Source: Octopus vulgaris (Eukaryota). Taken from it: a stretch of 64,000 nt of DNA. The first letter of the stretch is position 1. Each line of letters opens with the position of its first letter. Location: positions 157,480,001 through 157,544,000 of the forward strand of contig OX597814.1 in NCBI GenBank assembly GCA_951406725.2, in the 5' to 3' direction. Made by a program: the position numbers and the translations under genes. The notes beneath the pieces were generated by a model that was not told the DNA's origin, ran no database searches, and was given only the letters and a program-made list of their open reading frames with translations. Of the stretch, positions 1 through 12,399 are shown piece by piece.

Positions 1-410
1 TGCATGGGGAGAAATATGTTTGCGGATTATTAACATCAGGCCCTGGAGGAATGAACAAAGTGACACGAGAATATCATCAAATTTATTCAAAACAGTTTGA
101 TTAAATATTTTTTCTTTCCTCATTTTTTTTCAGTTCTTTTCTGGCTTTTTCTTTTCGCTTGTTATAAAATTGAAACTTAAAAACTGATGAGGTCATTTCA
201 TCAACATGTGGACGCTGGTTGCTCTCGTTCATACATTAAATTTAAATTTCAATAATTTTGAATTTTTATCACTTCTTACTTTGAACTCGACAAATACAGG
301 TTTACTGTCGAAATATCGTTCAACCAATAAACTATCTATTACAATCGAATCGCGCTTTTCGTCTTGACTGTTTACCTTTGTGAAGAGTTACGTCAATCCA
401 TTTGAAAGAT
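1..410 (+). mobile_element. 3' end of a Penelope-like element (GIY-YIG C-terminus plus pLTR)
   Basis: Frame 3 reads HGEKYVCGLLTSGPGGMNKVTREYHQIYSKQFD*, resembling the ExxxIxxLxTxxPxG(L/M)N end of PLE GIY-YIG domains. It is followed by a hammerhead motif (281-323), AATAAA and a TTA repeat. Confidence 0.6.
281..323 (+). ncRNA. Minimal type I hammerhead ribozyme motif (PLE type)
   Basis: TTGAAC-TCGACAA-at-ACAG-gttta-CTGT-c-GAAA-TA-TC-GTTCAA. Stem I is 6 bp (TTGAAC/GTTCAA), the core has U3-A8 with a U4C change, stem III is the palindrome ATAT, and the cleavage triplet is AUC. Confidence 0.7.
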
Positions 411-571
411 TATTATTATTATCATTTTTATTATTATTATTGACATACAAATAAAAGTAATAATGTTAACGCATGCGCGCGCACACATATACATACGCAC
501 ATAATAAACATGTCTATATATACTGAGTATTCCAGACGCATCTTAATATTATCCTTGTATTGTCCTTTGTA

Positions 572-674
572 CACTCTGATGATCCTTCATACAAGGTACT
601 TAAAAAGCGAAATTATATATTTATGCATGTTTTGTAATTTTAATTTTGTTTCTGAAATGAAACGACTGTAGGTG
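572..674 (+). ncRNA. Degenerate hammerhead motif with long stem II insert, in a probable PLE pLTR ending at (TA)n
   Basis: CACT-CTGATGA-(~76 nt, TTCA...TGAA)-GAAAC-GACT-GTA-GGTG. Stem I is CACT/GGTG; AATAAA and (TA)n lie downstream. Confidence 0.45.
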
Positions 675-746
675 AATATGTTAATTAATCAATAAATTTA
701 TTTGTATCCATTAGATCTCTCAGTTTTCTAACTCGATAAAAATATT

Positions 747-783
<37 letters not shown>

Positions 784-786
<3 letters not shown>

Positions 787-960
787 TGGATTCTCCCATT
801 GAAGACGATGAATGAGGGTTCAGCAAATAACCTTCAACAGTTCCTAAGCCTTGTGACACCGCATGCGTACCTTCAATCCAGCAGATGTCTTGCACACTTT
901 CTCACAAATGGTACACTTGCACGTATTCCTGGGTCCAAAATGTCTTCTCGAGTCGACAGC
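784..960 (-). mobile_element. 3' end of an RTE-like LINE (C-terminal C2H2-like finger, short 3' UTR, TA tail)
   Basis: Minus strand KCTICEKVCKTSAGLKVRMRCHKA*, then a short UTR running into (TA)n. Confidence 0.55.
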
Positions 961-2639
961 TAACCCAGCTTTGCTTCGTGCTTTGAACCCACAGTGACAC
1001 ACACAGTCATTGTTTGGTGGATTTTGCTGATATATACTTACCTTTCACCCAACGATATGTGGTGTACATACGCTTGTTGTCAACCATTACTCAATTGCGA
1101 GCGGTTGTAGATTTCATCACTAATTCAGTTCTCAACTAAATAGAATGCAGTTTGTTTTAGCAATGATGCTCCAGTACTAAAATACGTTTGGATATAAAAT
1201 AATTGAAATTTGGTTCATTAAAAGAAATAGTTAGATTATGATATGTGAGGGCAGAAATTGGTGTAAAGCGAAGGGTTAACTTTGAATTAAAATATTTCAA
1301 TTATTTTAAAAGTAAAGTGGCTTTCAAAGAATGTGCTCAATAAGAATTATCTTTTGCTGAAAACTTCATTTAAAAATTATTCATTTAAAAATAATTAGCT
1401 GTGAAAAATGTAGTGTGACATTAAGTCACGAAAAAAATGGTAATTCCATAATTTGAATTTGTATCAGAATATCTCAGCTATCATAAGAGTAATCTACACA
1501 ACGGTGGTGTTCAAATGAAATAACTCTATGAATAGGAATCTTATTCTGAAAAGTTCGTCGAAAAATATTAGTAACGAGAGGTATATTGTGGATGGGCGAC
1601 AATGGTGATCATTCTAACAAATCAATATATTTTTGTCATTGTAAAATATTTAACGTTATAAAGGCCATTTTGAAAATATCCTGATTTGACAACGTCAATG
1701 ACTGAAGAGGTCACAATACAATGAACATACTACGCATGACAGATGACGACTAAACCGTACAGAATTTTACCCCAACGACTGGCTGTATTAGTTAAGGGGA
1801 CTTTGGCAATGATGAGTGCTGTGAAAGACAGTATTTGATGTCAAGGACTCATTTAGCCTGATAGCACAGGGGTGTTAGTCGGAATTTTAGAGCGACAAGT
1901 TTCGAATGTCTGTAGCGCCTTGCTGGCCGCCTTTGTTTTCTAAGCTGTTGTCACAATTATTCTGCGTTCGAGCTGTGGAGTGGTGCCTTCTCTTGGTCTA
2001 GGCACTTTGGCCTTTTACAACGAAATCCCTATCTTAATTCCCTCAAAATATTCACAAAGTTTGGCCATATGGAACCTATTGAATGTATTCCATACCCTTG
2101 ATGACAAAAAGGGTGTCATATTCTCGGTGAATTTGCTTTTCCCGACCTTTTATGACAGCGAAAAACACATACTCGGCTCATACAGTTAAAAGATATGAAG
2201 TCTGGAGCATTACCTATGTTACTGTAGCGTTTGTTTCGTAAGTTTAACAGAAGCACTTTATTGCAAAGCGAAGTCCAAAATTATTTTCAAGTCTCGGCAT
2301 GAAAGTTTACGAAAATGTTTTCTTTTTTTAATGGACACTGAGTAAAATTGACTGATGGTTTCATGGACTACTCTTATCCACAAGAACAAAGAGACAAGTG
2401 TGGCGCCAAACTATAAACCCATTGCATACGTGAACGTCATATACAAACGGTAAACTGTCTGGATATGTTTCTACAACGCCAATGCCAAACAAATGGTTTA
2501 ATAATCGACGAATAGGCAGAAAAAAGAAAAGAGTCTGGGACTGTTCAGAACAACCCCTCCCCAACAAAGCTGTCTTTAAAGAAACCAATCACATTGGTGT
2601 AAATTGTTAATTGTATAGCTAAACTACAAGACATTGTTC

Positions 2640-3350
2640 GACTCTGTCTCTCAATCATGCAGGATAGAAACACTACACCTTGCCAAATTACAAGCTGCTG
2701 TGTCTTTCAATGGCATTCTAGTGAATGCCATTGAAAAATACACTGTAACGTGGTTCACACAATTATCACTGAGAACTACTAAATCATTTCTTATTGTTAC
2801 AAAAAGAATCAAGCTATAAACAGACATATTCCAGTGTGATAATTTATCTGTAATGCAGTTTGTACTGGCGGTGAATCCATTTGTCAGCCCTACTAACACA
2901 ATGCCAAAGGTACATGCAGGTATATGCAGAAAAGGATAAAATTAATGTTACCCAAACAGTTTTTGCTGATGACCTAAAATTATATTCTGCAATATTACGA
3001 ACATCAAGAGACAATTCAAACTGGTTACAACATACTCACGAGATAAACGAATATAATTTGGGCAAGATAGATGCTCATGCATTATAGACAACTGAGGTAA
3101 GATTGTTGACCAAGCAGAGAACATATATATCATCGGTTTGTCTATCTCTACTACTTCGAATCGATGAGAAGGTTGCATATATTGGTGCTGTCACTGAAGC
3201 CAACGTAACAAAAGAGTACTTCTGTAGATTGCTTTTGCAGTACAAGCACTAGTGCCAACGTTTGGGATATTGGACAGCACACTCGGTGACAAAATCAGCC
3301 TGGACGTCAAAACCAGAATTGTACTGACTTTGTAATTCATTCCGATGACT
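2640..3350 (+). mobile_element. Degenerate R4/Dong-like LINE RT fragment
   Basis: Remnant motifs IFQxDxLSV..F...VNP and FADDLKLY; similar to the 44470-46620 element; multiple stops and frameshifts. Confidence 0.65.
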
Positions 3351-3714
3351 TTGAGATAGAGTCGACAACCCTATTGTTTTTATAGGTATAATATCCTTTC
3401 TCTACTTAAATACTCTTATATTACAAAACTAACAAGTTTGTAATCTTAAAACTACAAATTTTCTGCCTGGTAGCCAAGTTTTCAGATTAACTTTCGTCTA
3501 CGTTGTCGATATATTTCACTAAAACCCTTGAACGCTGTAAACCCGCATGGCCACAATCTAATGAATAAAATGATAAAGTTATATAGACTTCCGATATTGC
3601 TAAATAATAGGGTCACGAATTAATTAAGACAGACATCAAGACGTGTTTAGTATTAGTTTAGTTGGCAACTAAACTAATAAACTCTCACAAAATTTCATCA
3701 AATCTTAATATACA

Positions 3715-3900
3715 ATGATTTCTAATATTTGCTCTAGGTCATACATTTTAGGGAAGGGTATAAGCGATGAAGTCGATCACAGCACTTAAATAGTGATAGA
3801 TCTTATCGATCCTGGTCAGATGAAAAACAAGGTTAACCTCCGTGGGATTTCAACTAAGATTGTAAAGAGAAAGAAAGAAGATAACGCTAGCGACTAAGAC
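3715..3900 (-). mobile_element. Degenerate tRNA-derived SINE
   Basis: Diverged reverse complement of the SINE at 14461-14675 (ttatcgatcc...gatgaaa...aaggttaacctc...ggatttcaact). Confidence 0.5.
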
Positions 3901-4603
3901 AACTGCTCGCTAAGGGCTTAAATATATATTCACCCTATGTTTTCTTTTTGATTTTGTCTTTACTTTATTGCTATCGTTTTTCTGTTTCCTAACTGCGCGC
4001 TCACATGCATGTCTAAACAGATAGCGTGATACGTGTTAATATTTTATCTAAAATCTATTTACAGCATAACTCGACCGTTCTGAACAGATCTTGCATTTGA
4101 TTGAAAGTAAAACTATTTGGACTATAGAAAAAAATCAATTGACATTTTAAGTGAATATGAATGATGGAAAATTTCAATAAAGTGATCCGCCATTCACCAC
4201 CACTACTGTATACAACTATGTTGCTAAAACGGTGCCTCTACATGGTCGCTTGGTGCCTTTGTGATAGTAGTCAAATCTTCCTCACATCGCACACTACCAT
4301 TCTAAAGGCCATACACGTAAAGCCTAGATGGCCATGTCTCGAATGATTAGTCTCATGGAACAGGAGCTAAACAATAACTACTACAATTTCTCAGACAAGC
4401 CTGAACATTGTCGCTCTACTTGCCAGAAGTAACAAGCAAATATTTCTAAAATCCCGTACAATTATCTAACAAAATACCCACATATTAAATAATATAATTC
4501 TATAGTTTGGACTCCAATACCTTTGATATAATATATTTTCTCGAAATAGGCGGATTGTAGCGTAAAGTCAACCATAATAACCAACAAAAACTAATATTAC
4601 TGC

Positions 4604-4738
4604 CACCGTTGCTGCTGCTGCTGCTATTACTACTACTACTACTACTGCTGCTGCTGTTGCTACTACTACTACTACTACTACTACTACTATTACTACTACT
4701 ACTACTACTACTAGTAGTAGTAGTAGTACTTCTACTAC
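4604..4738. repeat. Compound (CTG/CTA/TAG)n microsatellite
   Basis: Directly visible trinucleotide runs. Confidence 0.95.
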
Positions 4739-5569
4739 GGCCGACATCAATTATTACAATAGCCAACAATGAAATTGCCCATTTAATGTTTATAAATATC
4801 CTCAAATAATTTTACAGTGTTGACTTTGAATGTGCTCATTTATTCACATTTTGTATTATTTTTCTATGGCGGAAATACTGTAGCTGGTAAAATCAGAATT
4901 GTGATGAAACTATGATCTGGAGATGGTCATACTATTGTTCCTTCTGGATTATATAATTCAATTAAGTGGAATGTCATTGTCTGGTTTTCACAATTGAAAA
5001 AAGAGGACTATTTGGGGGATGAAAGATTTTCTATTTCTGTTTCAACTTGATTCATCGTGTTGTAGAAGTGAATATTTTTGAGCGGTTCAATATTTGAGAT
5101 GAGTATTGCTGGAACGTTTTCTCTGAGTATGACAAGATTATACATTTTAATACAATCTGTTGGCGGGAAAAAATCACTTCAAATGTACCTACGAGATTTA
5201 TTAAAATTTGGGTATTTGTTGAATACTCTTCAGAAAATTCTTGCCAAATTTAAGTAGTTTTCTCTTATTACAATTTTGCTGCCGCCGATATTTCAAAGAT
5301 ATAGAAAATTATATGAATTGTTTCATAAAATTTCAAACACCATTACAATGTCAAAGATTCTTGAAATTTTGTAAGGCCATTTGAATTGATTTCATGGAAT
5401 GAATATTGTATAGAGATGCCTTAAATTTTTTCGGCAAGAAAAGTATTTTCTTTATTAACAATTATCTCGGAAAACTCTCAAATAGTTTCAAGGAAATTGA
5501 CTAGATTGCTTTCATACATAAATTCATTTTTTAATGTTTGCTTTATGATTTCACGATAAAAATAGTAAA

Positions 5570-5919
5570 TAATGTCTTCGAAGCGAAGAAAATGCTTAAA
5601 TGATCCTGAGTCTTTGTTTTATGAGTGGCTCATACGTTTTGCAGACAATGAAGAAAACTCAATGATTTATTTAAAAAGTTTTAAATTCTATGCTTTAAAC
5701 TGAAAATAGTAAACCAAGATAAGGGCTGGGTTTCTCATCAATTTTGCGAAACGTGTCTTGTAAATATGTGAGGATTGGCAAGTAGGAAGAAAAAGGAAAT
5801 AGAATTTAGAATGCCATTGATTTGGAGGTAACCTGGATATCATTTTAGAGTCTGCTATTTCTGTTTAATTTATACTAAAAGTTTCGATGTTTAAAAACAA
5901 AGCGAAAAATGAATATATA

Positions 5920-5920
<1 letters not shown>
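5570..5920 (+). mobile_element. Chapaev3-like DNA transposase N-terminal remnant (continues at 8370-8545)
   Basis: Degenerate RKCLNDPES.., NQDKGWVSHQFCETC, F.MPLIWR*PGYHFRVCYFC, matching the RxCxNxPDxFC / QDKxWxPHxxCxxC / WREPxNHxxDCYFC pattern recalled for Chapaev3 transposases. Confidence 0.6.
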
Positions 5921-5969
<49 letters not shown>

Positions 5970-6017
5970 AAACAAGTCAAGATAGAAAATGCTAAAATAA
6001 TTTTATAAAGAACATTT

Positions 6018-6055
6018 CAGTACCGGTTTCGGTCATTTTGAGACCTTTTCAACTG
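6018..6055 (-). ncRNA. Minimal hammerhead ribozyme (U3-A8 variant, palindromic stem III)
   Basis: Minus strand CAG-TTGAAAA-GGTC-tcaaaat-GACC-GAAA-CCGG-TA-CTG. Confidence 0.8.
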
Positions 6056-6404
6056 TAACGATTAAATAATTAAATTTAGAAAAATTAAAAGAAAAGTTTT
6101 TTTAAAGGAATATTTGTATAGTGTTCAAATATAAGTGGCATTCTGCCTTTCTCTGTCTCCCTTGTTTGCACTTGTGTGTTCGAGGTCGTTGTGAATTCTT
6201 GGTAGTGTAGAAGAAGAAGAAGGTTGATGAGGAGAGGGGTGGAAAAATTTGGGAGTGCCTTGATGGTCGTATTTTGAATGGTCAGTGACGGCTAGCAGTT
6301 GTAGTTCAATTCAGGAGAATATTTCTATTGAAAGGTTTGTTTATGGAATTTGCGTAGGTGTTATACTAAAAAGCATTAGTGATAAAGTTAAGAGGTAGAA
6401 GGTG

Positions 6405-6610
6405 GAGCAGAAGAAGAAGAAGAAGAAGAAGAAGAAGAAGAAGGAGAAGAAGAAGAAGAAGAAGAAGAAGAAGATGACGATGTTGATGAAGAAGAAGAAG
6501 AAGAAGAAGAAGAAGAAGAAGAAGAAGAAGAAGAAGAAAAAGATGATGATGATGGTGATGATGATGATGACGATGATGATGATAATGATGATGATGAAGA
6601 AGAAGAAAAA
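6405..6610. repeat. (AAG)n/(GAT)n compound microsatellite inside the PLE 3' region
   Basis: Directly visible. Confidence 0.95.
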
Positions 6611-6766
6611 AGAGAAGGGAGAATATGAATGAGTGGAAGTAGTGAGGTGTTGTATGACTTGAAGTTGGCACGTTATGGATTATAGCTGTGATTGGGGCTG
6701 ATTTGTAATGGATTCTTTGGAATGTAATATTTGCGTGTGTATTTGTTATTCTAAAGCTGAGGTGTA

Positions 6767-8050
6767 TTATTCGTTTGTCGTAGACCCGTTAAGAAGTGGC
6801 CTGTATTTTGTAATAAAGAGAGTTTCTTTACTTATTCGTTGTCTCGAGGTTGTATCGTCCCTAAATTGGTAGAGGGGGAAAATCCTGAAGCCTGGTGTTT
6901 TGTTGTTGGCGCAAGTATCTATGTGTTGGCCGAAAGCAACTTTTCCGTTTCGGGGAATTTTTATCTGGGATCTGTGCAGGGCCATTCTTTTACGCAAACT
7001 ATTTTTTGTTTGGCCTATGTACTGCTCTTGACACCCAGAGCAGGTTAGTGTGTATACCAGGTTCTCCGAAGCACATGTGAAGTTGCTTTTCACTGTAAAC
7101 CGTTGTCCCTGTTTGAAGGAGAACTCTGATCCCTCAATTAGATAATCGCATATTCCGCAATTGGGTCTTCCACATTTTTTTACTGTCGGCTTCTGTGTTG
7201 AAGAGTGTATCCGGACTTGTGTTAGGAGACTTTTCATATATTTAGGCTGTCTCTTGCTTTTTATGATCGTGTGTGTTTGGAGGATTGTGTTCATTCTGTA
7301 GTCTTTTTTTAGGAGGGGTATGTTGTGGAGGATGGTGCCGAAGGCTTCATTGTTGAGAGGGTTGTGTGTGGAGATGTATGGTAAGGCTTTTGGTCGTAAG
7401 TTTTTCTTTGATTTAGGATGTCTCAGTTCCTGGATGTTAAGTTGAAGGGCACGTTGAATGCACATGTCAATAAGTGAAGGTGGGTAGTTCCTGGTGATAA
7501 GGGTATCTTTTAGTTCTTGTAGTCGTGTGTCTCTGGTGTTTGCATTAGAAACTATAGTGCATATCCTTTTTGCTAGATTGAAGGGGATATTCATCCTGGT
7601 GTGTCTGAGGTGGCATGAATTGAATGGAAGATATTGCTTAGAATCTGTAGGCTTATTATATATGTCTGTTTCTATTACATTATTAGCTTTCTTAATGAGG
7701 ATATCGAGGAAGGGGAGTTGTTGCTGGCTATATTCCATCGTGAATTGGATGTTTACGTCCACTCCGTTTAAAATTTCTTGGAATTCTTTGAGTTTCTCTA
7801 TATTTTCATGCCAAAGAATGAAACAGTCATCTAGATATCTCTTCCAGTTGTTTTCTATGTAGATGGAGAAAGAGCTGCCATATCTTTCTAGAACCTTACG
7901 ATACAGACTGATCTCTAGATATCCTATGACTAGGTTGGCAAAGGAGGGGGCCATTCGTGTACCCATCGCAGTCCCCGATTTTTGTCGGTAGAAGTTGTCT
8001 TTGAAGGCGAAGAAGTTATTTTCCAGGATGAATTTAACCCCTTCTGTCAC
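6767..8050 (-). CDS. PLE reverse transcriptase (C-terminal part) plus GIY-YIG endonuclease, 5'-truncated
   Basis: QKSGTAMG, WKRYLDD, LPFLD, YNKPTD...SCH, Cys-rich linker CGRPNCGIC, NLVYTLTCSGCQEQYIGQT. Confidence 0.92.
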   Translation of the reverse strand: MTEGVKFILENNFFAFKDNFYRQKSGTAMGTRMAPSFANLVIGYLEISLYRKVLERYGSSFSIYIENNWKRYLDDCFILWHENIEKLKEFQEILNGVDVNIQFTMEYSQQQLPFLDILIKKANNVIETDIYNKPTDSKQYLPFNSCHLRHTRMNIPFNLAKRICTIVSNANTRDTRLQELKDTLITRNYPPSLIDMCIQRALQLNIQELRHPKSKKNLRPKALPYISTHNPLNNEAFGTILHNIPLLKKDYRMNTILQTHTIIKSKRQPKYMKSLLTQVRIHSSTQKPTVKKCGRPNCGICDYLIEGSEFSFKQGQRFTVKSNFTCASENLVYTLTCSGCQEQYIGQTKNSLRKRMALHRSQIKIPRNGKVAFGQHIDTCANNKTPGFRIFPLYQFRDDTTSRQRISKETLFITKYRPLLNGSTTNE

Positions 8051-8160
8051 GAATTCTTTTTTGATGCGATGTGGGAGTTCGTTGGCGTGATTCTCTAGCC
8101 AGAATTGGCTTTAAAAAAACTTTTCTATTAATTTTTCTAAATTTAATTATTTAATCGTTA

Positions 8161-8198
8161 CAGTTGAAAATGTCTCAAAATGAACGAAACCGGTACTG
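8161..8198 (+). ncRNA. Hammerhead copy in the inverted pLTR, stem II mutated
   Basis: CAG-TTGAAAA-TGTC-tcaaaat-GAAC-GAAA-CCGG-TA-CTG; two substitutions disrupt stem II. Confidence 0.65.
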
Positions 8199-8369
8199 AA
8201 ATGTTCTTTATAAAATTATTTTAGCATTTTCTATCTTGACTTGTTTTTTCATATATATATCAACCCGTGTGTTCCTTTTCACCCTTATAGATATATATAT
8301 ATATGTATATATATATGTATATATATATATATATATATACATATATAGAATATATATATGAATATATAG

Positions 8370-8545
8370 AACTGGCATCAACAATCTGATGTGATTCCTG
8401 TAACAGTTTACAAAGTGATTAGTGACCTAGATAAGGAAGATATATATGAGTCAGAGGGCGAATTGCTAAGCAATGAACAGTGGAACAAAATTATGTTGAA
8501 GAATCAATACGGGAGCAGTTTTCACAAAATGAATTGAATGACATT
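8370..8545 (+). mobile_element. Continuation of the Chapaev3-like transposase remnant
   Basis: QFSQNELND motif (FSQxELNDL family motif), collinear with 5570-5920 across the PLE insertion. Confidence 0.5.
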
Positions 8546-9872
8546 TTGTTATTTTTCTTGTTTTCCTGTAATTTTACAAGTTTAATTACCGCTTCTTCTG
8601 TACTTTTCCAATCTCAATATTTAAGAATATTCTTTGTACCCGCATTTTGCATTCTAGTCAACCTTTATTTCCTGTCAACGATTCTATTGTTATAACTAAT
8701 TACAAGTGAAAACATGATACTATTGTAGATATTTTACAGTTATTTTGTATACATGGAGAAGTACAAAAGATTAATGCCATCACTTCTGTTACACTAACTA
8801 ATTGTACTGAATTGAAATAATAAGGGAATTTGGACAAAAAGCTAGTGCATCCATCCTACAATGCGAAATGGCTTAAGCCTCTTCTTTAGCTAATTCAGAC
8901 AACACGTATTCCGAATCTTGCAACCTATTTTCTTAAGTACGAATCACAATGTTATCGCCATTATGTGACTTGTTTATTTCAACAAAATTATGTAACTCTA
9001 TAAATTCTTTAACCATATAAATGTGTCGATAATATTTTGAATTGTGACCAATATTGCTTTGTTGTTAAATATCAACAATAATTTGTAAAGGATTATGAAC
9101 ATTTGATGGCAATGTGTCCATAACATGATGAATAGTACCTTCCATTGGAATAAGTATGTGAGTTGCTATGCATTTTATAACACATAGATGATGATATTTT
9201 GAATTTCTAAGGTACACATTTTATCAACTTTATAAGGCATTATCGTTGTCACAACTAAGCCATTGACTAACACTTATAAAAATCATTCATTTTTATTCCT
9301 AATGTCTACTGCAAATATTACGTACACTACGAAGAAAACTATTTTCTCCTTTTATATTTTCTTTCACATTCTGATCCCATTCATTCCATACATTTATTTA
9401 AGCATTGTATTTACTTGGACATTATTTTGATTGGAATAAAATATTTGTTTCAAAATATCACATTTTGAAATACTGACATTCAATTTGTGCACTTCTCAGT
9501 TAAAGTAGGATTTTAATAGAGAAAAAGATTTATTGACAATTTTTTTAATGATGTTCTTGTTATTTCTCTTGTTGTTCCTCAATCATGTTTGGCATTTTGA
9601 CATCAAGACCTTTTTCTCCACCGATATTTTAAATATAGGTTCATCGCCTTTCAAAATAGTAATGCAAAACAGATGCAAAATATGCCAACAGATCTCAATC
9701 TGTACACATGCGTCAGAGTAGTTCTGAGTTTTCATGTGTGTGGTGCAAATCTTCTAAGATACTCAATTTTGTAAGTGCAGAACCGATAATTTCATTTATA
9801 TATCGCCGTTTACTTTCTAAAATTTAATAATATTAAAATTTTTTTCTCTAAATGTTTTTTTTGCCACTAAGG

Positions 9873-9938
<66 letters not shown>

Positions 9939-12399
9939 GGTCGGTGTTTTTTCTACTACTTCATGTTAACTCACTGCTGGCTGCTAGTGCTGTCAGCTGC
10001 TACTCAACAACAGAAAAGACAGGAAATAGAGCACTAAGTGATTTTTATAACAAAATCCCGTAAACTTCCAGAACTGATATTATGAAAACTTCAACTGAAT
10101 GTATTTGAATTATTTTTCCTTTTATATAACGAAACCGGTAGTTGCTTAGTTAATATCGTAAATATTGTCGTACTTTCTCCACGATAAAGTTCTCAAAGCA
10201 TTCTCTTTTTTGATGTTTTCAGCATATATGTGTGTGTGAGTATGTTCTCGTGTATGTGTGAGTGTGTGAGTGTGTGAGTGTGTGAATGTGTGTGTGTGTG
10301 TGGATAACTGATATGATCAGGGGCAGATTATTTCTATCTGCATATCTATGTCAATTTTCTTTGTTTATGTTTTCAATATATATTTGTATGTGTATCTATG
10401 TGTGTGTGTGTTTGTGTGTGTGTGTGCGTGCGTGGGTGTGTGAATAATTGATATGATCCAGGGCAGATTATTTCTATTTACATTTATGTCAATTTTTAGC
10501 ATTTTTCTATTAATATCATAATATTGTGATTGCAGCATTATTTTTTAATTTTCCCTTAGTATGAAGCCGTCTTTAAAATATTTCCATCGTATCTTATTAT
10601 CAAATACAGGAAAAGATAAAACCATAATAAATAACTTCAGAGAGATTGATATTGAATTGTTCAGGCTCCTCAACTGAGTAGATATATGGAAGCAGATAGG
10701 AGAAGAAAGAAAATACTAAGAAAGGGACAACGCTCCTTGTAATTGAATGTAGTATGTTAAAATCCTTCAAACGTTAAGTGAGGTCGGTAAGTCTAACATG
10801 CCCCAAAATTAGAAATTCCACACTATGGGAATCAGAGGATTTGATAGAAGATATTATTCCAAGATGATGCGTAGGAATATCGAACGAGTAACCACGTTGT
10901 TGTAAAGTGACAGTCGTCCTAAATCACACAAAGATGGCGAACACGTAAATAACACACAAACGTCATTCCTATAGATCATGAAATGAACTTCAATGAGCAC
11001 TTCGATCGCTTATTCTGCGGCATGTTACGGCAAGTTTAAGACTTCTGTCAGTGACTCTCCGCTCAAAGAAAATGAAACACATTCTCGTTTTCCCTGAATT
11101 GGAAATCATTATATATATTATATTAGTCACGAAAACATTTTTTTCACCGTTCACTTCAAAATAAATTTTATTTTACATGTATAGTTCGTGTGTTAATTAT
11201 GCTCAGATAGGTAGATAGATAGATCCATTGACTGTCAATATGTCAACTAGAACTTTTAATGTATAAGCGAGAAATGCTAGGAAAAAACAGTAAAAAAATA
11301 TCACTCTTTAAACACATGTATTCTCATCTGATCAGCCATCAGTTATTGATGAAAGCCATAACAACAGCTATAAGGTCAAGTGAGGGTTTACATGTTGATA
11401 CATGTTTGATTAGAAGCAATATGACGCAGAAATGTTGGTTAGGTACAGGACAGGAATATGTAGTCTGTGGATTATGTGTCTTTGGTCACAATGATGCATG
11501 CAAGGGATGCTTTTACTTACACACATGTTCCTACATGTTCCTAGTCTCTCTGCCAATATTCGGGGTTTTCCCTGCTACTTTTAACCAATAACCATAGAAC
11601 AGTTTTCTCTTCACTGTCTGTTGCTTTTTTCTGCTGAATGTACCATAGATTAGTTTCTTGAGTGCACATATTATTCCTGCAGGCCTACTTCCTAAAATTC
11701 ACATAACAAAACCAGACGTAGAATAATGAAATGGAAAGAACATCTCCAGGTTTGCAAACCTGCTTAGGAATTGTTTTATATAGATAATAATGAAATAAAG
11801 CCATACATCAGTCATGTGAAGAATGTCTCTCCTACGGACTAGATGTTATACTATTTAACTACGAGGAAGATGAAAAAAACCGTTGTAGTAAAACTGCCAG
11901 AATACATACATACTTGTTCCTCTATATAAAATTAAATGATTTCTTATTTGAGGTCAACGGCGGTATTTATAAAACCCAACTCATAGTTCGCCTTTGCCTT
12001 CCAGAATAACTTTGGATGCGTTTTGAATGAAAGTGTAGAGAAAGTTTGCAATGTTCCTGGTGTAAACTTTTATTTCGAAATAATGGTGACGCCGGAAGAA
12101 TATCGGACAGTCTCCGTAAATAGTTCAGGATTAATTAATTTCATCTTAATTTTGGAGAGCAGAAAGCTTCAATATTTTAAGAGAAATAAATTTGTCCTAA
12201 AGGCTCCTTCCTGTAAAACTAAACAATACGACACAATTTATGACTTTGCATGAACCAGCTTCTAAAATCCCCATAAGTGTGTATTACAGTCTACAGATTA
12301 TTTACCCAAAATCTAATAAACAACCGAATTTACGAACACTCCTATAGGGTTAGACTATATTACAATGATAAACGTAAATCATTTAAAGTCTGAAGAACA

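Larger units (their letters stand above)
5966..8290 (-). mobile_element. 5'-truncated Penelope-like (Neptune-type) retroelement with inverted pLTRs, inserted in (TA)n
   Basis: RT plus GIY-YIG ORF; ~142-bp inverted repeat (5966-6107 / 8109-8250); (TA)n on both flanks; hammerhead motif in each repeat. Confidence 0.92.

Noticed and set aside
184-230. CTGATGA followed by GGTC...GAC
   Set aside because: No GAAA or stem I/III partner found, so not called as a hammerhead.
10301-10495. Diverged ~55-bp direct repeat separated by GT tracts
   Set aside because: Most simply a local microsatellite-mediated duplication; no structure or coding signal.
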